Source: a virus
Lineage: Duplodnaviria; Heunggongvirae; Uroviricota; Caudoviricetes
IMG/VR virus record: IMGVR_UViG_3300009709_000001
Coordinates: 1-64,000 of that record
Direction: 5' to 3' (one strand)
Length of the DNA stretch: 64,000 nucleotides
How positions within the stretch are numbered: position 1 is the first letter of the stretch; the number at the start of each line of letters is the position of its first letter. The position numbers and the translations under genes are program-made. Positions 38,407-47,033 of the stretch are shown here, one piece after another. The notes under the pieces are model-generated. The model worked only from the letters and a program-made list of their open reading frames with translations. It was not told the DNA's origin and made no database searches.

Positions 38407-39075
38407 TTACTTCTTGTCAGACTCGAGGGGTGGCAGGCCTAGACGTGAGCGGACGATCGGGTCGGTGTACTGAGCTTGAGTGGCTTGAGCATGCTGTTGA
38501 ACAGCCATGTTGCCATTTCGAGCCTTGGTAGTCTGCGGACATTCGAAGCCCGTGAGCTCGAGAGCTTCACGATTTTCCGAATCATTGCACATCAGCGCCA
38601 AAGCAGCAGCCTTCATGCCCATGTTCCACAGTTCACGGCTGTTCTTCAACCTCACGCAGTTTGTATCGGTATAAGTCTTGCCAAACGACAGACCAATACC
38701 AGGCGCATTTGCCGAACCCGATGCCGAACCCATACAGTTATCGTTCGAGCTAACGAGCGGAGGGCCGTTCACGCTAGGCGTGTTACGGATACCCTTGCCG
38801 GCAATTTCCTTGGCTGCTTCGGCATTGATCGCAGCGATGTCCTTTGCGGCACCGGCATTGATCTGAGCAGCAGTTACGGTAGCACCAGCCAAATCCTTGG
38901 AACCTTGATCGGCACTTGCACAATTCACCAAGCAACCGATGGTAGTAGTACCACCTTGTGCTTGAGAAACGGCAGACGAAGTCGAATCGGACTTGGTACC
39001 CTGACCTTGTGTCTGATCAGCCAGTGCAAGACCGGTAGCAGCCACCAGGGCGAGTGCGATTGCAAATTTCTTCAT
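38407..39075 (-). CDS. Secreted Cys-containing protein (Sec signal peptide)
   Basis: MKKFAIALALVAATGLALA|D; NTP..PP...ND.CMGS.S...G.SFG.T..D.NC.RLK....L..MGMK.AA..LMC. Confidence 0.75.
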   Translation of the reverse strand: MKKFAIALALVAATGLALADQTQGQGTKSDSTSSAVSQAQGGTTTIGCLVNCASADQGSKDLAGATVTAAQINAGAAKDIAAINAEAAKEIAGKGIRNTPSVNGPPLVSSNDNCMGSASGSANAPGIGLSFGKTYTDTNCVRLKNSRELWNMGMKAAALALMCNDSENREALELTGFECPQTTKARNGNMAVQQHAQATQAQYTDPIVRSRLGLPPLESDKK

Positions 39076-39131
39076 GTTTTTCCTTTCTAGAAAGATAAGG
39101 GGAGAATTCCCCTTATCTTGTTGCTTGCGGA

Positions 39132-39881
39132 TTAGTTACCGCAGCCAGTGCCGGAGCACAGGTTGCCAGCCTTGGCGTTCGAAGCAGAACCTGCACCACC
39201 GGAAGTACCGGAGTACACGTTACCCGAACCAAGGGAAGCACCAGCGTTGCCGACAGCGCCAACAACCGGAGCGGAAGTGGTCGAGGTCGAACCAGCGGTT
39301 GCACCGGAGGTAACGGTGTTCAATGCAGCACCTGCACGAACGGAACCGGCATCAGCTGCGAAGCTAGAAGTGGTCGATCCACCGATAGCAGCAACGGCAG
39401 CACCGCCGCCAACACCAGCACCGGTGGAAGCCGAGAAGCCAGTGGTCGAACCAGCGCTACCAGAAGCGGAACCGCTGATCGGGTTGGTACCAGTTACCTT
39501 ATAGCTTGCCGATTCGGCAACCTGAGCGCAAGCATCGGCAACAGCGGAACCACCTGCGACAGCGTTACCGCTGGTCACGGACAAGCTTGCAACGCCACCG
39601 TTAGTCGATGCAACGCCACCAACAGCGGCGCTGCCGACGCTAATCGGGGTCTTGGTAACGGTAGAACCGGAAGTGCCAACAGCGGAACCACCAGCAGTTG
39701 CGGTGTTCAGCGAAAAGGCGCTACCATTGCCAGCGGACGAAGCGCTAGCGGTAGTACCGGTTTGTGCACCAGCAACGGTCGAGCCCGTGCTGGTCTTGGA
39801 TGCGCTGGCCGAGCAAGTATTGCAAGCCATTGCGGAGCCAGCTGCCAGAGCAACGGCCAATGCGAGAATTGTCTTCTTCAT
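39132..39881 (-). CDS. Secreted Ala/Gly/Ser/Thr-rich protein with terminal Cys pairs
   Basis: MKKTILALAVALAAGSAMA|CNTC...CSGTGCGN; 249 aa; AAGGA SD. Confidence 0.78.
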   Translation of the reverse strand: MKKTILALAVALAAGSAMACNTCSASASKTSTGSTVAGAQTGTTASASSAGNGSAFSLNTATAGGSAVGTSGSTVTKTPISVGSAAVGGVASTNGGVASLSVTSGNAVAGGSAVADACAQVAESASYKVTGTNPISGSASGSAGSTTGFSASTGAGVGGGAAVAAIGGSTTSSFAADAGSVRAGAALNTVTSGATAGSTSTTSAPVVGAVGNAGASLGSGNVYSGTSGGAGSASNAKAGNLCSGTGCGN

Positions 39882-39934
39882 ATTTTTCCTTAAGTTGTTT
39901 GATATCAAATCACTGAATGTGATGTGACTAACGA

Positions 39935-39966
39935 ACTTTGTAGTTTGGTGCACCAAACTACAAAGT
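39935..39966. repeat. Perfect 32-bp palindrome
   Basis: ACTTTGTAGTTTGGTG|CACCAAACTACAAAGT. Confidence 0.95.
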
Positions 39967-39987
39967 CTGGGTTAGTGCATGTCCTGC

Positions 39988-40016
39988 ATTGTAAAATAAC
40001 AAAAGGGCCCTGTCAA
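39988..40016 (-). promoter_or_regulatory. Strong sigma70-type promoter overlapping the rpsU terminator
   Basis: TTGACA-17-TACAAT; the -35 lies in the loop of AAAAAGGGC..GCCCTTTT. Confidence 0.75.
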
Positions 40017-40050
40017 GCCCTTTTTGTTTTGATTTTACTTTTTAGAAGAA

Positions 40051-40311
40051 TCAGTATTTCTTATCTTTATGCCAATGTCCGCTCTGGATCATATCCTCAA
40101 CTTGGCGTTCCCAACGTTTACGAGCTTGTTTCTTCATACGTTGTCGTTCGACTGCAGGCTTTTCATAGGCCATTCTATCCTTAACTTCTTTAAGGATACC
40201 AGAGTCTTGGACTTTCTTGCTAAATGTACGGAGCGCGCGGCCAAAGTCGTCGTTTCTAACTTCGACTGTCATCCCTCTGTGCTTTTTACCGTCTCTATTC
40301 TTGTTACTCAT
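40051..40311 (-). CDS. rpsU: Ribosomal protein bS21
   Basis: V.VR...F.RALR.F.KKV...GIL.EVK.R..YEKP...R...K..ARKR. Confidence 0.9.
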   Translation of the reverse strand: MSNKNRDGKKHRGMTVEVRNDDFGRALRTFSKKVQDSGILKEVKDRMAYEKPAVERQRMKKQARKRWERQVEDMIQSGHWHKDKKY

Positions 40312-41524
40312 TATTTGCTCGTTTTGCTTTATATACATATTTGGTTGTTCCAGTTGCGTCAACGAAAATCTTGCTCACGCCTTCTTTAGCTAATCGTGGC
40401 AGAATGAATTGTATAGCTTGAAGATCTCTTTCAAGTACCGAACGTAATCCTCGAGCACCAATCTTCTGTTTGATGCATTCACCTGCAACATTCAGTAGGT
40501 ATTTATCATCAAACTCCAATGTAATGCCTTCGTATTTGAACAATGCTTGGAATTGGCTAACAATGCTATTCTTTGGTTCTTTGAGGATGCGCACCAACAT
40601 ATCGTTAGTTAGATCATCAAACACTACCGTTACTGGATGACGACCTACAAATTCCGGAATTAGACCGTATTTGATAAAGTCCTCAGAATTGGCTGTTTTA
40701 ACTGTTTCGGAAAAGGATTTATTTGCTTGAATAGAAGCACCTAGTCCGATACTTGTCTTGTTACGTGTCTTCCTGATAATTTCATCGAGCCCAACAAACG
40801 CACCACTCGAAATGAATAATACATCCTTTGTATCGAAGGTAACATCATTGTATCCGTCTTCGATTTTAACAACTGTACCTTCGATGAGTTTTAGAAGTGC
40901 TTGCTGAACACCTTCCCCGGATACATCTCGGGAGACTGTCGAAGACTCGTTCTTCTTGCTCTTCTTATCGATTTCGTCGATAAAGATGATTCCGTGTTGC
41001 GCACGTTCAATATCGTCGTCAGCATTTTCGATTAGACGCTTAATCAAATTTTCTACGTCTTCACCGACATACCCGGATTCGGTTAATGATGTCGCATCAG
41101 CAATCACAAAAGGTAAATCGAATAGCTTTGCAATTGTTCTAACAGTTAGTGTCTTACCACTACCACTAGAACCTACCATAAGCATATTCGATTTATCGAT
41201 TTCGGTTTTAGATTTGTTATGAATTCTCTTATAGTGATTATATACCGCAACAGAGATGGCAACTTTTGCACTATCTTGTCCGATAATATGTTCGTCAAGA
41301 TGTGCTTTGATTTGTTCCGGAGTTAAGATCTTTTCTTTCTTTTTCTTAACCGTTTTAGTTTCTTCGTCAGTGTGAATGATTTTGTGTGTTACATCGACAC
41401 ATTCATTGCAGATATAAATGTTCTGACCATTTATTACGGGACCCTCAATCATTTGTTCAACTTGATGGCGACCCTTCTCGCAGAATGAGCAACTGATTAT
41501 CTTCTTGATTTCTTTTTCTTCCAT
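40304..41524 (-). CDS. clpX: ATP-dependent Clp protease ATP-binding subunit ClpX
   Basis: CSFC..YICNEC Zn finger, VAVYNHYKR, GSSGSGKT, GYVGEDVE, IDEIDK, RDVSGEGVQQALLK, IGL loop, GARGLRS. Confidence 0.95.
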   Translation of the reverse strand: MEEKEIKKIISCSFCEKGRHQVEQMIEGPVINGQNIYICNECVDVTHKIIHTDEETKTVKKKKEKILTPEQIKAHLDEHIIGQDSAKVAISVAVYNHYKRIHNKSKTEIDKSNMLMVGSSGSGKTLTVRTIAKLFDLPFVIADATSLTESGYVGEDVENLIKRLIENADDDIERAQHGIIFIDEIDKKSKKNESSTVSRDVSGEGVQQALLKLIEGTVVKIEDGYNDVTFDTKDVLFISSGAFVGLDEIIRKTRNKTSIGLGASIQANKSFSETVKTANSEDFIKYGLIPEFVGRHPVTVVFDDLTNDMLVRILKEPKNSIVSQFQALFKYEGITLEFDDKYLLNVAGECIKQKIGARGLRSVLERDLQAIQFILPRLAKEGVSKIFVDATGTTKYVYKAKRANNE

Positions 41525-41526
41525 TT

Positions 41527-42990
41527 TCAGTCCCTCTTAAATTCTTGTAGCCAGCTTAGAGGCAGTCTACTATTTACAGCTCGTTTAGGATTTTGCGAAA
41601 AGTCTTGATCTTCTCTCGTTGTCTCGGTGTGAATTTCGGCTTCGGTCTGTTCATCTTCTCCAATGTTGCCAGGAAGTCGTCCCATGTCCGATCCATTCGT
41701 CGGAATCTTACTGTTTTCTTTGACATTTACTTTCACCGGTACAAAGTGTTGACCAAGTAGTTCTCTAAGGACACTATCCTGTTGCGCCCACGGACTTGTC
41801 GATTTTGGTTCAATAACATCGGCTGGATGCTCCTGAACAGGTAATTCCCAAGATGGTTTGAGTTCTAATATGAAATCTTCTTCCGGTTCATCGGTATCCG
41901 ATACTTCCCTTCTATCGATGTTTTCTTCCATCGCGTGGACATCTTGATTCTCTTCGACGACGGTGCCCAAAACATCTTCCATGATTGTCTCCGGAGACAC
42001 CTCGCTAATCCCGGGTGTCCGATCTCCGCCATTGCTGTCATAATCTTGTGTACTCGGCAACGTAATATTTTTTTCTTCTTCATGGATTAGATCCGGCCAT
42101 AATATGGTTTGGACGACAGGAACTTCTTCTCGTATGGTTTCGGTGGGAGCGACAGTCGGAACTCCGACGAGTATGCTTTCAGAATGGACCTCTCTACTCT
42201 CCACATTATCTTCTTCATCTTCGAATATTTTCGACTCATCTTCTTTCTTTCGTAATGCCAGAGAATGGTTAGCTGCAATGAGCAACACAATGGCTAATGG
42301 ATCGAGTGTCGATACGAGCAGCAAAGTAAACATTCGGACTGCTGCTTCGACATTCTTAGCAGAATCTTCTTGAACACCATAGACAAGTTCGGCAATATAT
42401 CTGATAGGACCGACCTCGAGTTGCATCTTTCTAACTTCGGATTCGTATTTCATCTTCTCAGTTGAAAGATCATCGATACGTCTTTGGGATGCGTCGATTT
42501 CTTCTCTGAGTTGCTTACGCTGTGGTGCCTGACTTTTACGCACAGCCAACGAACGATCTGTTCTATCCTTACCTAAGAAGGAATCGACAGTCGCATCGAG
42601 CTGAGTAATAATCTTCTGATTATCAGCAATGTTAGACTTTTCTCTTTCGATTTGCTGATTTAATCGTTCAATACGTGGACCATTATCGATTGTAGCTGCA
42701 CCTTGTTCGAGGTGAGCCTTAGATAAAAAGCCAAAAACCCCGATACTGGTTGCAGTCATCAGGGCTATTGTGAAATATAGGAGCGGTCCCTTTATTTTCC
42801 AAGATGCTGTCTTAGAATTTCGATAAAGCCAGCTTGTGGTGACTAACTTGGCGGCTTCGACAACAACACCCATGATAAGTGCATACATCGGTGCACCTGC
42901 ATAGATTGCCATAAAACCTACAATCGAGAACCAACCAGAAACTGCTGCTAAAGAAAGGGCCGCAAGAAATGTTAATAAAATAAATATCAT
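41527..42990 (-). CDS. Multi-pass membrane protein with coiled coil and acidic tail
   Basis: Three N-terminal TM segments, GVFGFLSKAH, coiled coil, EVGPI.YIA, TM (DPLA). Confidence 0.75.
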   Translation of the reverse strand: MIFILLTFLAALSLAAVSGWFSIVGFMAIYAGAPMYALIMGVVVEAAKLVTTSWLYRNSKTASWKIKGPLLYFTIALMTATSIGVFGFLSKAHLEQGAATIDNGPRIERLNQQIEREKSNIADNQKIITQLDATVDSFLGKDRTDRSLAVRKSQAPQRKQLREEIDASQRRIDDLSTEKMKYESEVRKMQLEVGPIRYIAELVYGVQEDSAKNVEAAVRMFTLLLVSTLDPLAIVLLIAANHSLALRKKEDESKIFEDEEDNVESREVHSESILVGVPTVAPTETIREEVPVVQTILWPDLIHEEEKNITLPSTQDYDSNGGDRTPGISEVSPETIMEDVLGTVVEENQDVHAMEENIDRREVSDTDEPEEDFILELKPSWELPVQEHPADVIEPKSTSPWAQQDSVLRELLGQHFVPVKVNVKENSKIPTNGSDMGRLPGNIGEDEQTEAEIHTETTREDQDFSQNPKRAVNSRLPLSWLQEFKRD

Positions 42991-43019
42991 CTAATATTTA
43001 TCGTGGTTTTTGTCCACGT

Positions 43020-43256
43020 TTACTCGCTGATTAACCCTCGCAACTTCAAAGCAAGAACATCGATGCCTCTAATCTCAAAGAGGTTTACATCAGATCCGAT
43101 TACATACGCTTTTCGACCGGGCGGAAGTGCGCCCTCCATATCTTTGCATATTCCGCTAATATACGACGAGCTAAGTTGATTAGTCTCGCGTGGAACCTGA
43201 ATTACAAGAATGCTATCGGGATCGCTAAATTTGATTTCGTTAATCGGATCATTCAT
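43020..43256 (-). CDS. Hypothetical protein
   Basis: Start MNDP after GGGGAG. Confidence 0.55.
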   Translation of the reverse strand: MNDPINEIKFSDPDSILVIQVPRETNQLSSSYISGICKDMEGALPPGRKAYVIGSDVNLFEIRGIDVLALKLRGLISE

Positions 43257-43458
43257 TAATTTCTCCCCTCTCAATCTTTAAGAGATGTTCAGATAAGGCT
43301 TCTTCAGTCCATCCAAGCTTTTCAATTGCAGCGACTCCGGCAGCAATTTGTTCTTCCTCGGTAACAAAGGCAGTACCGATTCGGGCAAGAGTATAGGCGG
43401 TACAGGCTTCTCGCCAATGTGCCCGCCTAAGTTTCCAATAAGTGTCGTTTTCATCCAT
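43249..43458 (-). CDS. Hypothetical protein
   Basis: 69-aa ORF; GAGGA SD. Confidence 0.55.
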   Translation of the reverse strand: MDENDTYWKLRRAHWREACTAYTLARIGTAFVTEEEQIAAGVAAIEKLGWTEEALSEHLLKIERGEINE

Positions 43459-43488
43459 AATAAGATCCTCAACACTATTTTAACACAT

Positions 43489-43938
43489 TTATCCCTCGTA
43501 CCACGCTGAGTTTGCAGGTGTTTCCGCTACTTTGACGAGTCTACAATGAATGCCTTTGTAACCGTTATCCGGCAACCAAATCTCGTTGACATAGTCGTAC
43601 AAGAATTTGCTTAGACCTTCGCAACCAGTTCTTTCGACAACAACCATCTTGCAAAGTTTCTTTTCGTGGAGCATCTCGAATGTTTTAAATTCGGGATCGT
43701 CTTGTGCAACCAACATTGTGTGATCGAATGTATCGTCTAAGAAATCCTTGAATGTTTTCAATGATCCAAAATCGACAACCCAATTACGAACGTCAACAGT
43801 CTCAGATTCAAACTCGAGATAGAAGCTTAGTGAATAGCCGTGGATTAGATTGCAATGGCTATCAGCTCTCCATTGGCGATATGCAACTGCATAACCGCGT
43901 TCATGACCATAGGTCTTTGTACTTACGAATTTTCCCAT
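43489..43938 (-). CDS. queD: 6-carboxy-tetrahydropterin synthase (QueD/PTPS family)
   Basis: SHCNLIHGY, WVVDFG.LK, FDHT.L, V.ET..NSA.Y. Confidence 0.88.
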   Translation of the reverse strand: MGKFVSTKTYGHERGYAVAYRQWRADSHCNLIHGYSLSFYLEFESETVDVRNWVVDFGSLKTFKDFLDDTFDHTMLVAQDDPEFKTFEMLHEKKLCKMVVVERTGCEGLSKFLYDYVNEIWLPDNGYKGIHCRLVKVAETPANSAWYEG

Positions 43939-43943
43939 TTTCT

Positions 43944-44300
43944 TTATTCCAATTCAATTTTAGCAGGTGTGAATTTAATGTTAGGAAAATACTTTCTAGC
44001 ATGATCGATAATGCCCGAAGGAAACTCAATGGAATCATTATACGCATGAATATGATTCATAATAGTAACCTTCTCCATTTCTTCTAAAAACTCTTCGTAA
44101 CCCCAACCGTTCTCTTCAAGAATCATAATAAAATGATGATTCCTCATCATTTGTATATAGAAGGATGATTGTTCAATCATAATTCCGTTAATGTGAATTA
44201 CTGGACGTGGGACTATTGGAGATGGTTGATTTTGTAATATAGTCATCATCTCATGATAGGGAGTTCTTTTCAATACATTGAAAGTATTTTCCTCGGACAT
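43944..44300 (-). CDS. Hypothetical protein
   Basis: 118-aa ORF between folE and queD. Confidence 0.55.
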   Translation of the reverse strand: MSEENTFNVLKRTPYHEMMTILQNQPSPIVPRPVIHINGIMIEQSSFYIQMMRNHHFIMILEENGWGYEEFLEEMEKVTIMNHIHAYNDSIEFPSGIIDHARKYFPNIKFTPAKIELE

Positions 44301-44301
44301 A

Positions 44302-44994
44302 TTATTCCTTACCTACTGGTACAAATTTCATGAATTCAGTTCTGACGTTATTGTCGGACTTGAATACGCCGCCGAGCTTGCTTGTAATAGTCGAAGAACC
44401 AGTGTCTTCAACACCACGACTCTTCACACAGAAATGTTGGGCATTGATTACAACCGCAATGTTATCTGTATCAAGGATATACTGCAAGGCATGATAGATC
44501 TGCTCAGTTAGGCGTTCTTGGATTTGCGGACGCTTCGCAAAGTATTCGACAATGCGATTAATCTTGCTAAGACCAAGAACCTTCTGATTCGGAATATAGG
44601 CAACTGTTGCCAAACCATCGATAATGACAAAGTGATGTTCGCAATTTGATTGGACGTTGACATTTCGTTCAACAACCATTTCGTCGTACTTCATTTTGTT
44701 ATCGACAGTGGTACATTTTGGGAATGCATCATAATCGAGCCCCCAAAAGATTTCGGTTACATACATTTTAGCAACACGCCTTGGAGTATCAATAAGACTA
44801 TCATCAGTTAAGTCTAATCCAAGTATCTTCATAATGTCAGCAAACTTCTGTTGAATTGCATCAATCTTTTCAGTTGTAGACAATCTGCTACCTAGATAAT
44901 TATTGTCAATAGGGGTTTCTACTCCGCACTCGATTAAATGATCCCTTACTTTCTTACCTAATTCTGGATCGCATTTTGTTTTATTGAAGCTCAT
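44302..44994 (-). CDS. folE: GTP cyclohydrolase I
   Basis: DDSL.DTP.RVAKMY..EIF.GL, SNCEHHF, GLSK.NRIV...RPQIQERLT, HFCV.SRG. Confidence 0.95.
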   Translation of the reverse strand: MSFNKTKCDPELGKKVRDHLIECGVETPIDNNYLGSRLSTTEKIDAIQQKFADIMKILGLDLTDDSLIDTPRRVAKMYVTEIFWGLDYDAFPKCTTVDNKMKYDEMVVERNVNVQSNCEHHFVIIDGLATVAYIPNQKVLGLSKINRIVEYFAKRPQIQERLTEQIYHALQYILDTDNIAVVINAQHFCVKSRGVEDTGSSTITSKLGGVFKSDNNVRTEFMKFVPVGKE

Positions 44995-45658
44995 TTTCTA
45001 TCCTTTTAATGTGTTGGGTATAATTACCTATATCTAAATTCTTATGGCAGCATAGACAGGACACTCGTCTTCCTGTAAATCGTTGCCCGTTATTATTCAT
45101 TATAGCACTGCTTGACATTTTCTGTCGAGTTTCATCAGATTTGGGCTTGCTATTTGCATTTGAAATAATTTGTTTTGTTTCACTGGTATGGACTAATCCT
45201 TCAGCAAATTTGTTACCAATCATCTTTGTTGCCTGTCTCAATTTACCGGCATGATTAGATTTATTTCGGCCTGCAATAGTTATGTTTCTTTTAGAGATTG
45301 CTGATTGCTTCTCTTCACTTGTTTTCTTAGAGAACGTTTCTCGTCTTTTACGATTTACTTCTTCGCCCAGGTTACCACCGTAACCTCCTTTAGCAACATT
45401 ATAACCGTGTTGAGTTATTCTTGATTGAAATTTTTCTATTGTAGGATCTTCGAGGGAAGAAATTTCTAAACGATCTAGAGATTCCTTCAAAATCTCTATA
45501 GTGAAATTTTCTTTCCCGTATTTTTGAATAGCTCTATGCAATGGGGAATTTGCATCAAGTAAATGCTTGTTCCATCTCTCACTGACTTCGAGCTTTGTAA
45601 TACCGATGTAAATCTTTTGATTTACTAAATTGACAACTTTATAAAGTTTGTATGACAT
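44981..45658 (-). CDS. GIY-YIG homing endonuclease with NUMOD3 repeats
   Basis: LYKVVN.VN.KIYIGIT, RW.KH, AIQKYG.ENF, GYN..KGG, HTSETKQIIS. Confidence 0.88.
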   Translation of the reverse strand: MSYKLYKVVNLVNQKIYIGITKLEVSERWNKHLLDANSPLHRAIQKYGKENFTIEILKESLDRLEISSLEDPTIEKFQSRITQHGYNVAKGGYGGNLGEEVNRKRRETFSKKTSEEKQSAISKRNITIAGRNKSNHAGKLRQATKMIGNKFAEGLVHTSETKQIISNANSKPKSDETRQKMSSSAIMNNNGQRFTGRRVSCLCCHKNLDIGNYTQHIKRIENELQ

Positions 45659-45746
45659 GTTACCCTCCGTGGTAATTAGGATCTTTCGTTTATCCTTAAC
45701 GCGAAATATTATTTCGATGTGCTACCGCGTGTAGCACATTTATTTA
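45659..45746 (-). promoter_or_regulatory. Late promoter plus structured leader (riboswitch-like candidate)
   Basis: TAAATA followed by four hairpins, a possible pseudoknot and an SD-containing stem. Confidence 0.55.
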
Positions 45747-45771
45747 TCACAGAGTGCAACTGTTTCACAAT

Positions 45772-46104
45772 TTAATTGTAGATGCCGTGTTTTGATTTTA
45801 GCGTCTGAAGATCAGTCGAATACGTAGGTTTATGTAAATCGTTGATTGCCCTGACCAAACCAGAAATATCCGATTTTACTCCCCATAGCTCGGTTCCGAG
45901 ACGTTGGCATTCTGTGGAAAGAGTATTGTGGGCTTCGATTAATCCGAGTATCGGACCAGTCTTAATTTCAGGAGTACCTTTAAGCCTTTGAACAATCTTT
46001 TCAGCTTCAATTAGCTTGTCGAGTGCTTCAGATCCATTTGCAAGCATCGAATCGATGACTTTAAGTCTTTCTTTCTCTTCGTAACTCAGCATATAAAAAG
46101 TCAT
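45772..46104 (-). CDS. Hypothetical coiled-coil protein
   Basis: 110-aa ORF overlapping the thyA stop. Confidence 0.6.
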   Translation of the reverse strand: MTFYMLSYEEKERLKVIDSMLANGSEALDKLIEAEKIVQRLKGTPEIKTGPILGLIEAHNTLSTECQRLGTELWGVKSDISGLVRAINDLHKPTYSTDLQTLKSKHGIYN

Positions 46105-46997
46105 ACTGCCATCCCTGGTTTGTTTTTAATATCTGGATGTGGATCATACCCAATAAGTTCAATATCTTCCCATTGCAAGTCCAGAATATCTTGCAATGTA
46201 GGTAAATCCTTCTTAATAATCAATTGTGGCAATGCCTTAGGTGATCTTTGAAGCTGTTCTTTAACCATATCCATTTGATTATTGTAGATATGAACATCCC
46301 AGCCCATATAAACCAACTCTCCCGGAACTAATCCAAGATGTTTTGCAAAGATATGGTTAATGAGTGCATAAGACATGATGTTATATGGTAGACCATACGG
46401 GACATCATTGCTTCTCATCACAAAGCTGTTGTGAAGCTTACCTTCGTCGGAGTTAAGTTGAAATTCGCCCTCAACTGAGTACATATGGAGCATGTGGCAT
46501 GGTGGTAAAGCCATCTGACTTAGTTCACCTGGGTTCCAGCCTGTAACGACATGTCGTCTTCCCGACGGATCTCGTTTCAGTCCCTCAAGTAGATCTTTGA
46601 TCTGATCAGTTTTGTCTACCATGTGGACTCCGAGTCTATCAATCTTTCTCGGTGACTGCCAATCTCTCCATTGTACGCCATAGCCTCTACCCATGTCTCC
46701 TTCGGGTAGATGAGTTAATCCACGATTGTCAAGGAACTCTCTGGAAGTGTTTCCTTTCCAGATATTAATCTTCTTTTCCTCGAGCAGCTTAGTATTACTC
46801 TGGCCGCGAAGAAAGAACATTGTCTCTTCAAAGGCAATGCGAAGGCTTACTTTTCTTGTGGTGATTATCGGAAATCCCTGCCTAAGATCAAATCTTAGCA
46901 TCCTTCCCAGGACTTTACGGGAACCGACTCCGGTTCTATCTGGAGAATCAAAACCGTTCTCCAGAACGTCTTTCATTAGGTCGATATAGTTCTGCAT
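46101..46997 (-). CDS. thyA: Thymidylate synthase
   Basis: DRTGVG, FDL..GFP..TT, YG.QWR, RRH...WNP, LPPCH, RSND...G.P.N, HIY.N. Confidence 0.95.
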   Translation of the reverse strand: MQNYIDLMKDVLENGFDSPDRTGVGSRKVLGRMLRFDLRQGFPIITTRKVSLRIAFEETMFFLRGQSNTKLLEEKKINIWKGNTSREFLDNRGLTHLPEGDMGRGYGVQWRDWQSPRKIDRLGVHMVDKTDQIKDLLEGLKRDPSGRRHVVTGWNPGELSQMALPPCHMLHMYSVEGEFQLNSDEGKLHNSFVMRSNDVPYGLPYNIMSYALINHIFAKHLGLVPGELVYMGWDVHIYNNQMDMVKEQLQRSPKALPQLIIKKDLPTLQDILDLQWEDIELIGYDPHPDIKNKPGMAV

Positions 46998-47033
46998 GTA
47001 GCATCCTCACTTGAATGCTATGTTACAGAATTT

